This document shows, one piece after another, positions 1 through 8,689 of a stretch of 40,652 nucleotides of DNA. The translations under genes were made by a program, and so were the position numbers. The stretch's first letter is position 1. The number at the start of each line of letters is the position of its first letter. The notes beneath the pieces were generated by a model. It saw nothing but the letters and a program-made list of their open reading frames with translations. It did not search any database and had not been told where the DNA came from. Source of the stretch: Pseudomonadota bacterium (lineage in GTDB: Bacteria > Pseudomonadota > Alphaproteobacteria > Rhodobacterales > Rhodobacteraceae); contig JBCCBC010000001.1 in assembly GCA_039814435.1 (NCBI GenBank), positions 1-40,652 of the forward strand, written 5' to 3'.

Positions 1-212
1 GCGGCCCCTTCACCGGAATTGGTCAAACGAAACCTGTCCACCTTGCCGGTTTCGACCACATCCGAACCCTGGCCCATGACCCGCTGGTCAATGACACGTC
101 CAAGGGTGGCACCCACCGCACGGCCAATCGCAACCGAGGACAAGCCCAAAAACGAACCACCAACAGATCCGCCGATGGCCGCACCCGCAGCTGAAAGTAC
201 AACAGTCGCCAT
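1..212 (-). CDS. GTA baseplate/host-specificity 'megatron' protein (RcGTA g15-like), 5' part only
   Basis: Not in the ORF track. ATG at 212 overlaps the g14 stop (TGATG). Translation MATVVLSAAGAAIGGSVGGSFLGLSSVAIGRAVGATLGRVIDQRVMGQGSDVVETGKVDRFRL... is the typical g15 N-terminus. Frame stays open to the window edge. Confidence 0.9.
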   Translation of the reverse strand, partial: MATVVLSAAGAAIGGSVGGSFLGLSSVAIGRAVGATLGRVIDQRVMGQGSDVVETGKVDRFRLTNSGEGA

Positions 213-661
213 CAGCTGGCCTCCTCAAATGGAAATTCGAAACGGGCTACGATCCGACGGGCCCACGGGGCGCTGAGCGGGCTCTCGACAACGCCATGGC
301 CGCTATAGGCATGTACGAACCGCGCAGTGGGGCCCACAGACGTCTGAATGCCCAAATGCTTGGCCACACCCCCATCGCGCATGCGAAACAGGATGACGTC
401 GCCAGGGGCGGCATCCATCAAAGGCTTGGGGCGCAGATGGCGCAATGCGGCCTCCCACAAAAGCTCCTCGCGGTTGGGTTCGGACCAGTCCATCGTATAG
501 GCAGGCGGGCGTTCAGGCTCAGTGCCGATCACACCGCGCCACACGCCACGCACAAGGCCCAGGCAATCGCACCCAGCGCGTTTGACCGCCATCTGATGGA
601 TGTAGGGCGTGCCAATCCAGGTGCGCGCCTCGGCGACAATCTCATGTTGATCAAAACTCAT
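212..661 (-). CDS. GTA NlpC/P60-family cell-wall peptidase (g14-like)
   Basis: WIGTPY...GCDCLGLVRG catalytic Cys motif, KHLGI and HAY histidines; position before g15. Confidence 0.93.
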   Translation of the reverse strand: MSFDQHEIVAEARTWIGTPYIHQMAVKRAGCDCLGLVRGVWRGVIGTEPERPPAYTMDWSEPNREELLWEAALRHLRPKPLMDAAPGDVILFRMRDGGVAKHLGIQTSVGPTARFVHAYSGHGVVESPLSAPWARRIVARFEFPFEEAS

Positions 662-1545
662 CTCAAGCTGCCTCCGCTGTTGGTGCCACCCGTGGTGGGA
701 TAGGCCATGACCCAGTCGTCACTTGGCAAATCGGGAAAGCCCTGAAAGTTCAGCAAATTGTTGAACTTCAAACGGCAGGTCTCGAACCGCTTGTCACAGC
801 CTGCGGTCAAACGGATCTGGGACTGCGATACAACGCCGCCACGGATGGCTTCCCACAATTCAATGCGGCGCACACCGTCTTGAAACGTGTCACGCTTGAT
901 CGTGCCCCAAAGGCCCGCAGCGTTGCCATCCAGCACATCCAGACGCCCGCGCAGGAACCAACCCGGCTCGAAACCGTCCAAAGCGTCCCACTCAAATACG
1001 CGACCGTCCGTAACGCGATCCACAAGACCCTCAAACCGGTAACCCGGCGTCGTCAGATCAAACCCGCACGACCCATCACCCAGAACCGCAGTACAGGGTT
1101 TTTGATAGATGCGGCCCAACGGGCGATTCAACGCCTCGGTCAATCCGCGCAGCTCTGCGTGAAATGCACCACCCGCGCGGCGGATCTCTCCGATCGTGCC
1201 GCGAAACTGCAACCAGCGCACGTCCGTGTCTGCCCAATTGACGATCCATGCGCGCACTTCGGCACCGTCAAAACGGCCCGCCTCGATTTCATCCTCGCGG
1301 ACGGCGGCATCCGTCAATGCGCCCAGCGCCTCAGTGTTGTCCACGCTCAGGCCCGTACTTTGAGCCAGCGCAGACGCCGTCAGACCCGTTTCAGCCCGAA
1401 ACGTCACGCCGTCAAAATTCAATTCACAATCGTGATCGGTAAACCCGAACGATTGACCATCCTCGCGCTCAATCGCCCAGGCCCGACACAACGTCGTAAG
1501 ACCTGTAGCGGCATGCGCCAAAAACTCTTCGCTTTGACCACTCAT
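658..1545 (-). CDS. GTA baseplate hub protein, DUF2163 family (g13-like)
   Basis: GFTDHD, C-x5-D-x2-C and GCDK-x3-TC-x2-KF-x-N-x2-NF-x-GFP motifs; 295 aa. Confidence 0.92.
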   Translation of the reverse strand: MSGQSEEFLAHAATGLTTLCRAWAIEREDGQSFGFTDHDCELNFDGVTFRAETGLTASALAQSTGLSVDNTEALGALTDAAVREDEIEAGRFDGAEVRAWIVNWADTDVRWLQFRGTIGEIRRAGGAFHAELRGLTEALNRPLGRIYQKPCTAVLGDGSCGFDLTTPGYRFEGLVDRVTDGRVFEWDALDGFEPGWFLRGRLDVLDGNAAGLWGTIKRDTFQDGVRRIELWEAIRGGVVSQSQIRLTAGCDKRFETCRLKFNNLLNFQGFPDLPSDDWVMAYPTTGGTNSGGSLR

Positions 1546-2177
1546 CAGACGCGCACCTCAACAATGGGCACGTTCGGCACGCTCCCGGCTTGAAAACTGG
1601 CAACCGAAGTTTGGATCTGATCCGTGTCAAAACGCACAGGAACGTCGAATTCAAAACCCGCCGTGACGTCTACATCGATCTCGGGGGGGTGCTGAAACGT
1701 GACAAGGCCGGTGTTGATATCCAGCTCGTAATCCACACCCTCCTGCATCTCATCTTGTGACACACCCACACGGACCGATCCCAAAACGGGTTTGGCGATG
1801 GGGCGCGCGTAGCTGTGCGCGCCCGAACGATACGTCTTCAACAGCGGAAAACTGGCTTGCTGTCCGTCCCCAATACCAATGGTCTGATCATTGTAGGCAG
1901 GCGTGCCACTCGCAGACGAGGATTTGAAATCCGACCAGTCTTTCCAGCGAAAACCATACATCTGGCCCATGCGGGCCTCGAAAAACGCGATCAGTGTTTC
2001 GATATCGTCAAGCGACCGCATCCCCAGCCCCGCATCATAGCGGCGACGCGAATGGGCCCAGGGTGAATTGCGCTCTTCAAACCCGTTGGCCAGCGTCACA
2101 ACTTCCGTGCGCCGCTCTGGCCCCCCAACCGAGCCAAAGCTCAAGGATGCGGGAAAACGAACCTCGTGAAATGTCAT
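1545..2177 (-). CDS. GTA distal tail protein, DUF2460/TIGR02217 family (g12-like)
   Basis: MTFHEVRFP, FFEARMG-x3-GFRWKDW and AGFEFDVPVRFD motifs; 210 aa. Confidence 0.93.
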   Translation of the reverse strand: MTFHEVRFPASLSFGSVGGPERRTEVVTLANGFEERNSPWAHSRRRYDAGLGMRSLDDIETLIAFFEARMGQMYGFRWKDWSDFKSSSASGTPAYNDQTIGIGDGQQASFPLLKTYRSGAHSYARPIAKPVLGSVRVGVSQDEMQEGVDYELDINTGLVTFQHPPEIDVDVTAGFEFDVPVRFDTDQIQTSVASFQAGSVPNVPIVEVRV

Positions 2178-2198
2178 AGTCTTAGCTCCCCTAAAGTC

Positions 2199-2861
2199 TT
2201 ATCGATTGCGATTGGCGCGCCCCAGGGCGCGGTTCATCTGTGCCGCAATCTGGTTTTGTGAGCGGGCAAAGCCCTGCACATCCGGTGTGGTCACATTCAT
2301 CACAACCGTGGGCGTACTCGCCCCGCCGCCACGCACGCCCAGTTTGCCATCAGGGCCGCGGGCCAACGGCATGATCGCCTCAGGCCCCGCTTCACCCATC
2401 ACACCCATGCCACCGCGCATACCAAACGGCGTGGCGGAACTGACGATGCCACCGGCCGCAAAGGGCATCACGCGGCCCTGGCTGAACGGGGCACCATTGG
2501 CAAATGGCAACACCCCCTCGACCAGGCTGCCCACGCCACTGGCAAGCAGACCACCAACATGGTTGGTCACCGGCTTGATGGCAGCGTTGTATGTTGCGTT
2601 GATCATCGAATTGCCAACGGTCTCCAACGCATCCGACAGGCTCAAACCGTCAAATACCAACCCGTCAAAGGCTTTGCGCAACCCGCTGGACAACCCCTTT
2701 TCGAGGGTGGCCACATCCTTGCCGGTCGCGGCAAGACTTTCGCGCATACGGCGCAATTCGCTGTCAAAGCTGGTGACCATGCTCGACGTCTGATCAAGGG
2801 TCTGGCGCAACCCGTCGGTGCGCTCCTCCAACCCGTCAATCTCTTCATTGTAATCGCTCAT
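2199..2861 (-). CDS. GTA tail tape measure protein (g11-like)
   Basis: Helical N-terminal half, then FA-x-GG...GEAGPEAIMPL-x-RG-x-DG-x-LGV C-terminal motif; short length typical of GTAs. Confidence 0.92.
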   Translation of the reverse strand: MSDYNEEIDGLEERTDGLRQTLDQTSSMVTSFDSELRRMRESLAATGKDVATLEKGLSSGLRKAFDGLVFDGLSLSDALETVGNSMINATYNAAIKPVTNHVGGLLASGVGSLVEGVLPFANGAPFSQGRVMPFAAGGIVSSATPFGMRGGMGVMGEAGPEAIMPLARGPDGKLGVRGGGASTPTVVMNVTTPDVQGFARSQNQIAAQMNRALGRANRNR

Positions 2862-3073
2862 ATCCGATCCCCTTCCGGTGTCGTCTCGCTGCTATCGGGC
2901 CAGGCGGCCATCAAGGCATCCAATCCGTCGCTGAGCAGCGGTGCGGATTGGGCCGGATCGCCCAGCATCACTTGCAATTCGGCAGGGGTCAGCGCCCAAA
3001 ACGCATCCGGCGTCAGGCGCAGCCCCTGCATCCCGGCCCGCATCAACGCGGGCCAGTCAAGTCCTTGGCTCAT
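2858..3073 (-). CDS. GTA tail assembly chaperone (g10.1 / rcc01693-like)
   Basis: DWPALMRAG...FWALTPAEL...LMAAWPD motif; ATGA overlaps with both neighbours. Confidence 0.88.
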   Translation of the reverse strand: MSQGLDWPALMRAGMQGLRLTPDAFWALTPAELQVMLGDPAQSAPLLSDGLDALMAAWPDSSETTPEGDRI

Positions 3074-3387
3074 GCGCCCGGCACCACAAAGGCGCGCGCG
3101 ATCAGCTCTGCCGCCGCACGGGCCGCAGCCATCGGACCACCCTCAATCTCGGCGTGATCAAGGGCCTCCGGGGTGACAGCACAGCCGCCCCCCAACACGC
3201 CCACCTTCAACAAGGCCAGCACATCCGAACTGGAAAAGCGGCCCTGCTCAAAACGCTCGACCAAGGCAACCAGCGACGGCTCAGCCAGCGCAGCCTCCAG
3301 GCCCGCAAGGGCACCCAAGGTCAGTCGCATCACACAAACCTGCCCATCGATGACCAACGTCACCTCTCCCCTCCAAGGATTGGTCAT
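3070..3387 (-). CDS. GTA tail tube assembly chaperone (g10-like)
   Basis: M-x-NPWRGEV...RLTLGALA-x-LE motif; 105 aa. Confidence 0.9.
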   Translation of the reverse strand: MTNPWRGEVTLVIDGQVCVMRLTLGALAGLEAALAEPSLVALVERFEQGRFSSSDVLALLKVGVLGGGCAVTPEALDHAEIEGGPMAAARAAAELIARAFVVPGA

Positions 3388-3390
3388 GGT

Positions 3391-3804
3391 CTAGAGTGCC
3401 GTGAACGACAGGGCACCGGCAGAGGCCATGGTGACCTCATAGGTGGCCTCGCCGTTGTGGCTGCCGCTATATTCCAGGGCCGACACCTGAAACGGGCCCT
3501 CCACAATGCCGAAATCCGGGATGATCACCTGAAAATCAGGCGTTTCTCCGTCAAAGAAGATCTGGCGCGCGCGCTCGTCCGTGCCTTCGTCCTTGAACAC
3601 ACCCGATCCCGAAATGTTGGCCGAGCGGACACCGGCGCCCGACAACAGCTCGCGCCACCCGCCCTGGCTTTCCAGGCTGGTCACATCAACCGTTTCGGCG
3701 TTAAAGCTCACGCGCGTGGCGCGCAGGCCAGCAATAGTCTCGAACTGCCCGTCCGAGGTCATGTCGACCTTGATCAACAGGTCTTTTCCATTCTGAGCAC
3801 CCAT
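3391..3804 (-). CDS. GTA major tail tube protein, TP901-1 family (g9-like)
   Basis: AQNGKDLLIK...GLRA...WRELL-x-GAG; 137 aa; GGAG Shine-Dalgarno upstream. Confidence 0.94.
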   Translation of the reverse strand: MGAQNGKDLLIKVDMTSDGQFETIAGLRATRVSFNAETVDVTSLESQGGWRELLSGAGVRSANISGSGVFKDEGTDERARQIFFDGETPDFQVIIPDFGIVEGPFQVSALEYSGSHNGEATYEVTMASAGALSFTAL

Positions 3805-3831
3805 GGGTTTTCTCCGTAATTAGAATTGGGA

Positions 3832-4242
3832 TTAGTTGTCTTCCGTGCGGGCACGAAAGGTCAGGTCAATGCGGCGGCCCGTGCCCTTGTCGATCTTGAC
3901 AGCGCGGGCGCGTTCAAATCGGAGCGACACAAGGCGGCCCCGGCTCAATGTCAGATCAGCATCTTGCAAGGCGTCACAGACAGCGCCCGCAACCTCTTTG
4001 GCCGCGAAAAAGCCGGGGACTTCGGTGACAACGGACACAACGAAACGATGCGCTGCACCGCCGCCGGTCTTGTCGTCCTCGGCCACAACCGTTTCCGGAC
4101 CAATGCTCACGTACAAAGGCGGCAGCGACCCGCCAGGCAAAGCGTCATAAACGGCATCGCCAACAGCGCCGGACACGGCCATATCCGCACTGACAGCGGC
4201 AAAAACAGCACTCTGAAGGGCGGCAGACATCGCATAACTCAT
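3832..4242 (-). CDS. GTA tail terminator protein, DUF3168 family (g8-like)
   Basis: MSYA-x-S-x-ALQ-x-AV...VYDA-x-P...RRIDL-x-FRAR motifs; gene order. Confidence 0.9.
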   Translation of the reverse strand: MSYAMSAALQSAVFAAVSADMAVSGAVGDAVYDALPGGSLPPLYVSIGPETVVAEDDKTGGGAAHRFVVSVVTEVPGFFAAKEVAGAVCDALQDADLTLSRGRLVSLRFERARAVKIDKGTGRRIDLTFRARTEDN

Positions 4243-4577
4243 ACCACCACCTCCTCATTTGCCATGCAGATCAGATACCGGCCTTCGGGATCCTTTTCGG
4301 CAACACTGCTGATGTGAAACACACGGGAGCCATCGCGAAACCGCTGGTTGGCAACCGGGCGTTCGGGATGACCCGTAGGCGCGCCGCGCACAGTGATGGC
4401 GTAAGGGACAGAGGACACGGCAACACCGCTGGCGACTGTCTCTCGCCCGGTGCGGGCCTTCAAATCGGCCCACAAAACACCAAGGGGCGTCCACGCTTCG
4501 GCAAACCCGCCTGCCCCGTCCGCCACATGGCTTGGGGTCTCAAGGGTTAGGCGCCAGTTCAGGCGCGGCAGGCTCAT
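4239..4577 (-). CDS. GTA head-tail adaptor/stopper (g7-like)
   Basis: DGAGGF...LG-x-LWA...RFR-x-G-x-R-x-F-x-I motifs; 112 aa; ATGA overlaps. Confidence 0.88.
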   Translation of the reverse strand: MSLPRLNWRLTLETPSHVADGAGGFAEAWTPLGVLWADLKARTGRETVASGVAVSSVPYAITVRGAPTGHPERPVANQRFRDGSRVFHISSVAEKDPEGRYLICMANEEVVV

Positions 4578-5170
4578 CTCGCCCCCCCGCCCACACGCAT
4601 GACGCGGTAGCGCTCGATCAGGCTGGTGACACCAAACGGCATGCAGCCTTCGCTCAAGCTCGTCTCGTTGCGGAATTCATAGTAATGGGCCGCCAGCAAC
4701 ATCACAGCCTGCACCAAATCCGCCGGGGCGGATGCAAGGGCAGCCGCATAGCCTGCGCGAAACGCAACCTCGGCCGAACCACCCTCGGGCAGACCCGGCA
4801 AAACAGTGCCCACAGACCGCAGACGCGGGCGGTGGGTGTCACGTTCCAGCCAGAACGTGTCGCCATCCACCGGAACCTGAGTACCTGTGCGGTCAACAAG
4901 GGCAACAGCCGTCACGGCATGCACCGGGGCAACCGGCAACACCTGCGCGTCAACAGCGCGCCACTCTGTCAGCGACAGGGTAAAATCACGCTCAATCAGC
5001 ACTTTGCCCGTGCGCGCTTCAATAGCGGCGACAGCAGCACGCAGAAAGCTGGCCAAGACGGCGTCTTGCGCATCATCGCTCTCAAACCCGCTGGCCAGAC
5101 GCAGATGCGCCTTGAATTCTTCGACCGGCAGCACCGTATCCGGCACAGTGGTCTCTTCGATCAACATCAT
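4574..5170 (-). CDS. GTA head-tail connector/adaptor (g6-like)
   Basis: Start moved to ATG 5170 (MMLIEET, GGAG SD upstream). KAHLRL, AIEARTGK and AV-x2-LAAHYYE-x-R motifs. Confidence 0.9.
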   Translation of the reverse strand: MMLIEETTVPDTVLPVEEFKAHLRLASGFESDDAQDAVLASFLRAAVAAIEARTGKVLIERDFTLSLTEWRAVDAQVLPVAPVHAVTAVALVDRTGTQVPVDGDTFWLERDTHRPRLRSVGTVLPGLPEGGSAEVAFRAGYAAALASAPADLVQAVMLLAAHYYEFRNETSLSEGCMPFGVTSLIERYRVMRVGGGAR

Positions 5171-5211
5171 GGAACATCTCCACACGACTTTTGGCCCCTC
5201 ACCCCATTGGT

Positions 5212-5322
5212 CCGGGCGCGCGCCAGTCCGCATTGCTCGGACGGAGGGGAGCAGCTAGACAACACGGCGCACTTCCAGCACGCACCCGGCACCGGGGATG
5301 GGCAAGAAACCCACCCCCGGTG
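5212..5322 (-). promoter_or_regulatory. Tandem structured RNA element between major capsid and g6
   Basis: Hairpin 1 at 5290-5322 (CACCGGGG/CCCCGGTG arms). Hairpin 2 at 5212-5289 has a 15-bp outer stem and an 8-bp inner stem whose six non-Watson-Crick positions are all G.U on the mRNA strand. Confidence 0.65.
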
Positions 5323-5337
5323 ATCCACCTCAACCGA

Positions 5338-6516
5338 TTAGGCTGTGGCGAATTTCAGCAGCTTGATCGCGGCAAAGTCGCTCACGTCGCCGCCCACGCG
5401 CTTGGTGGCGTAAAACAGAACATGTGGCTTGGCGCTAAAGGGGTCCCGCAGGACGCGCAGATCAGGGCGCTCGGCAACGGTGTAGCCGGCCGCAAAATCA
5501 CCAAAGGCAATCGCGTCCGCACCAGTGCCCGCATCAGGCATGTCTTCTGCGATAAGAACGGGATAGCCCATCAGAACCGCAGGTTGACCAGCCGCTAGAC
5601 CGTCTGTCCACAGGAAACGGCCGTCATTGTCCTTCAGCTTGCGCACGAGGCCCGCTGTCTTCGAATTCATCACGAAAGACGCGTTGGCGCGGTATTCTGC
5701 ACCCAGCGCGTAAACCACGTCGATGATGGATTCAGCCGTCACGTCACCGTCAACACCGGTGGGAACATAGCCAAGGTTGCCCCAGGTCCAGACGTCATTG
5801 TCGACAGATGTGTGGGCCAGGAAACCCTTGGGCTTGTCGATGCCGTCACCGGACACAAACGATGCCGCTTCTGCGCGGGCAAACTTGTCCGCGATGCGGC
5901 CAGCCAACCACCCTTCGATGTCAAAGGCCGCATCGTCCAGCAGACGCTGTGACGCTTTGGGCAGGGCGGACAGCTCATGGAGCGGAATGGTGATCCGGTC
6001 AATCTGGGGCGTGTCGGTTTCGGACACCGAAGCGGTCTCAGTCGCCCAGCCCGTGCCGATATCACCATGGTCGACAAGCACGTCATAGGATGTCGCTTCG
6101 ACATTGACGACGGATGCGATCGAACGGATCGATGCCGTGGCATTCAAAACCGATTTGACGGTCTCGGACGTGGCGGGATCCACCAGGTAACCACCATCCG
6201 AATTTACAGCAGTCGACAGCGATTTGCCGTCCAGCTCAAGGCCACGCAGGCCATCATCATCACCCGCACGCACATAGGCGTTAAAGGCTTTCTGGTGCGG
6301 TGCACCCATCTCAACAGCGCCAGCCAAAGGGGTGCGCGCGGCAGTCATTGTTTTACGATCCAGCATGGTCAGTCGCTCTTCTGTTTGTTGAAGTTTGGTT
6401 TGAATTTCGGCTTGGAAGCCTTTGCATTCGTTGACGAAACCCTTCATGGCTTCGGCAACTTCCTGGGCGGGAGACAAACCTTCCCCGGCCCGAGCCTCGT
6501 GTTCGGTCTTGCTCAT
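5338..6516 (-). CDS. GTA major capsid protein, HK97 fold (g5-like)
   Basis: DGGYLV, SQRLLDD, ERPDLRVLRDPFSAKPHVLFYATKRVGG motifs. Start 6516 chosen on AAGGA spacing; 6522 is the alternative. Confidence 0.96.
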   Translation of the reverse strand: MSKTEHEARAGEGLSPAQEVAEAMKGFVNECKGFQAEIQTKLQQTEERLTMLDRKTMTAARTPLAGAVEMGAPHQKAFNAYVRAGDDDGLRGLELDGKSLSTAVNSDGGYLVDPATSETVKSVLNATASIRSIASVVNVEATSYDVLVDHGDIGTGWATETASVSETDTPQIDRITIPLHELSALPKASQRLLDDAAFDIEGWLAGRIADKFARAEAASFVSGDGIDKPKGFLAHTSVDNDVWTWGNLGYVPTGVDGDVTAESIIDVVYALGAEYRANASFVMNSKTAGLVRKLKDNDGRFLWTDGLAAGQPAVLMGYPVLIAEDMPDAGTGADAIAFGDFAAGYTVAERPDLRVLRDPFSAKPHVLFYATKRVGGDVSDFAAIKLLKFATA

Positions 6517-6555
6517 CAGCATGTCCTTGACTTGTGGTTTTTGTCGGCGGGCGCG

Positions 6556-7119
6556 TCAGCGCTGCGCCAGGCTCTCGCGCGCAACCCAAAAGGCCGCCGC
6601 CATATCGCGCAGCATGTAGTCAGGGTCCAAAGCCATCGCTTCGGTCTTGGCGGCCACCCGCGCACTGGGCAGCATCGGGAACGTGACCAAAGACACCTCC
6701 CAAAGCTCCAGTTCCTTCAAGAGCCGCTGGCCCTTGTCGTTCTTTGAGGACTTCACAGTGCGATAGCCGATGGAAAGCCCATCAATGGCCCCCGCCGCGA
6801 TCAACTCCACCGCTTCGCGACCCTTTGCCACCTCAGGCAACAAACGGCCCTTGACCCACAGGCCCTTGGCGTCTTCGCGCACCTCGTCCCAGACGCCAAT
6901 TGGATGGGCCGGGTCGTGCTGCCACAGCATCTTGACGCGGCGCCCCTCAGTGGCGATGGCCGACAACGAGGCAGCATAAGCACCCTTCGTCACCACGTCG
7001 CCACCCTGATCACAGGCACCAAACAGGCTGGCATAGCCCTCAATCACGTGATCGTCCTGCACTTTGATCCCTTCACCAAAGCGCGCAAATTTCGTCTCCA
7101 GACCGGTCTCTGCCTGCAT
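6556..7119 (-). CDS. GTA HK97-family prohead protease (g4-like)
   Basis: IEGYASLF, MLWQHD, GLSIGY and ELWEVSLVTFPM motifs. Start at ATG 7119 with GGAG SD. Confidence 0.94.
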   Translation of the reverse strand: MQAETGLETKFARFGEGIKVQDDHVIEGYASLFGACDQGGDVVTKGAYAASLSAIATEGRRVKMLWQHDPAHPIGVWDEVREDAKGLWVKGRLLPEVAKGREAVELIAAGAIDGLSIGYRTVKSSKNDKGQRLLKELELWEVSLVTFPMLPSARVAAKTEAMALDPDYMLRDMAAAFWVARESLAQR

Positions 7120-7138
7120 CTCGGATCTCCTTTTGGTG

Positions 7139-7363
7139 TTAATGTGGAATGGCCGCCATGATGGACTGGAACCCGGTGGCCAGAACGGCGGCAACAACGC
7201 CGTAGACAGTCAGCCACAACCGCTTTTCCAGGCGCTCCATCAGCTCTTCAAGGCGGTCCAGACGGCGGCACAGATTTTCGAAATGTACCTCCGTCAGGCG
7301 CTCATGGGCCTCCAGGCGCAAGCCCGGCGCACAGGCAAACCGCTCGTAGGTGGGGTCATCCAT
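7139..7363 (-). CDS. GTA small head-formation protein (g3.5 / rcc01685-like)
   Basis: F-x-CAPGLRLEAHER...ERLEKRLWL-x-VYGV; 74 aa between portal and protease. Confidence 0.88.
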   Translation of the reverse strand: MDDPTYERFACAPGLRLEAHERLTEVHFENLCRRLDRLEELMERLEKRLWLTVYGVVAAVLATGFQSIMAAIPH

Positions 7364-8543
7364 CCGATGCCTCCTCGGACAAGGCAGGCAAACCCAGCAT
7401 GCGGCGCTTTTCCGCGTCCGTCAGGAACCCCGCACCCGACACACGGGCCCACTGGGCATCGCGCTCGGCCGACAGGGCCGACACCTGATCCAGATCCGGG
7501 GTCAGCACCACATCATCACCGCCATGCGCGCCCAGCCATTCGGCCAGGGCGGCAGCAACACGGGTCGCCAGGGGCAACACGGTCAGGCGTTAAAAGGCGC
7601 GGTTGGCCTCTTGATAGTTGGCATAGGTCGCATCACCCTGGATGCCGAGCAGCATCGGCGGCACGCCAAAGGCCAGGGCGATCTCGCGGGCGGCCGCCTC
7701 CTTGGTCTTTTGAAACTCCATATCGGACGGGGAAAAGCCCATGGGCTTCCAGTCCAGCCCCCCCTCCAGCAACATAGGACGGCCCGCATTGCGCGCGCCC
7801 GAATGGTTGGTCTCGATCTCCGACACCAGACGGTCATACTGATCCATGCTCAGCTGCGACTGGCCATCCTGCCCGCGATAGACAATCGCGCCCGACGGAC
7901 GGGCGGCATTGTCCAGCAAGGATTTGGACCACCGCGAGGCCGCCGTGTGAACGTCCAGCGCCATGGCGGCCGCCTGCATCGGGCTAAAGCCGTAATGGTC
8001 ATCCTGGGGGTGAAACGACTTGATGTGACAAATCGGGCTGACCGGACCGCTGGCATCAAACCGGTGGGTCTTGCCGCCCACGGAATAGTCATAGGCCACC
8101 GGCCAGCCATCCGACCCCGGCACAACCGACATCCGGTCAGAGCGCAGCACATGCAACTCAAGCGGCGCGCCACTCTCACCCGCAACGGCCTCAACATAGG
8201 CATTGCCCGACAACAGCAGCTGGGCATATAGCGCCTCCAGCAACTCCGCACGACCCTGGCCCGGATTGGGGCGCTTGATCAGCGACAGGATGGGATGGGC
8301 GTCAAAACGTTGCTCTGCATCCTGCAACACCAACGGCAAGGCCGCAGCCGCCTCGGCAATCAACTTGACCGACCGGAATCCAACCGGATTGCCGGAAAAG
8401 CCCGAGCGGGTCAGCGACACCGCATCGCGGGGCGACCAGGCCACGCGGCCACCGGTCTGCCAGGCCACAACCTTGCCCGTCGCGCTGGCCTTTTGCTCTG
8501 GTGCATCGACCTGCCCCTGCTTGCGAAAGAAATCAAACACCAT
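7356..8543 (-). pseudogene. GTA HK97-family portal protein (g3-like) interrupted by an in-frame TAA at 7592-7590 (pseudogene or base-call error)
   Basis: ORFs 7590..8543 and 7356..7580 are in the same frame: ...ANYQEANRAF*RLTVLPLATR... The joined span is 396 codons. The family motif is ANRAFYRLTV, so the TAA replaces a Tyr codon. Confidence 0.88.
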
Positions 8544-8598
8544 GTCTCAGGTCTCCTATCCATGATCCCAAAAGGGCGGATCCCGCCCCGTCCATTCC

Positions 8599-8633
8599 AA
8601 AGAAAAAGGGCGTGCGCCTCATCAGCACCGCCC
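8599..8633 (-). terminator. Intrinsic terminator-like hairpin inside the GTA operon, between terL and portal
   Basis: Minus strand GGGC-G-GTGC[TGATGAGGC]GCAC-GCCC followed by TTTTTCTTT. Confidence 0.5.
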
Positions 8634-8689
8634 CTCACAAGCCAAAGATTGCCCCTGACTTCATTGTTCCTAAAATATGCAATCGCGCG

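Noticed and set aside
2858-3387. Lambda G/G-T-type programmed frameshift between the tail chaperones g10 and g10.1
   Set aside because: No X XXY YYZ slippery heptamer is visible near the g10 end, and g10.1 has its own ATG in an ATGA overlap.
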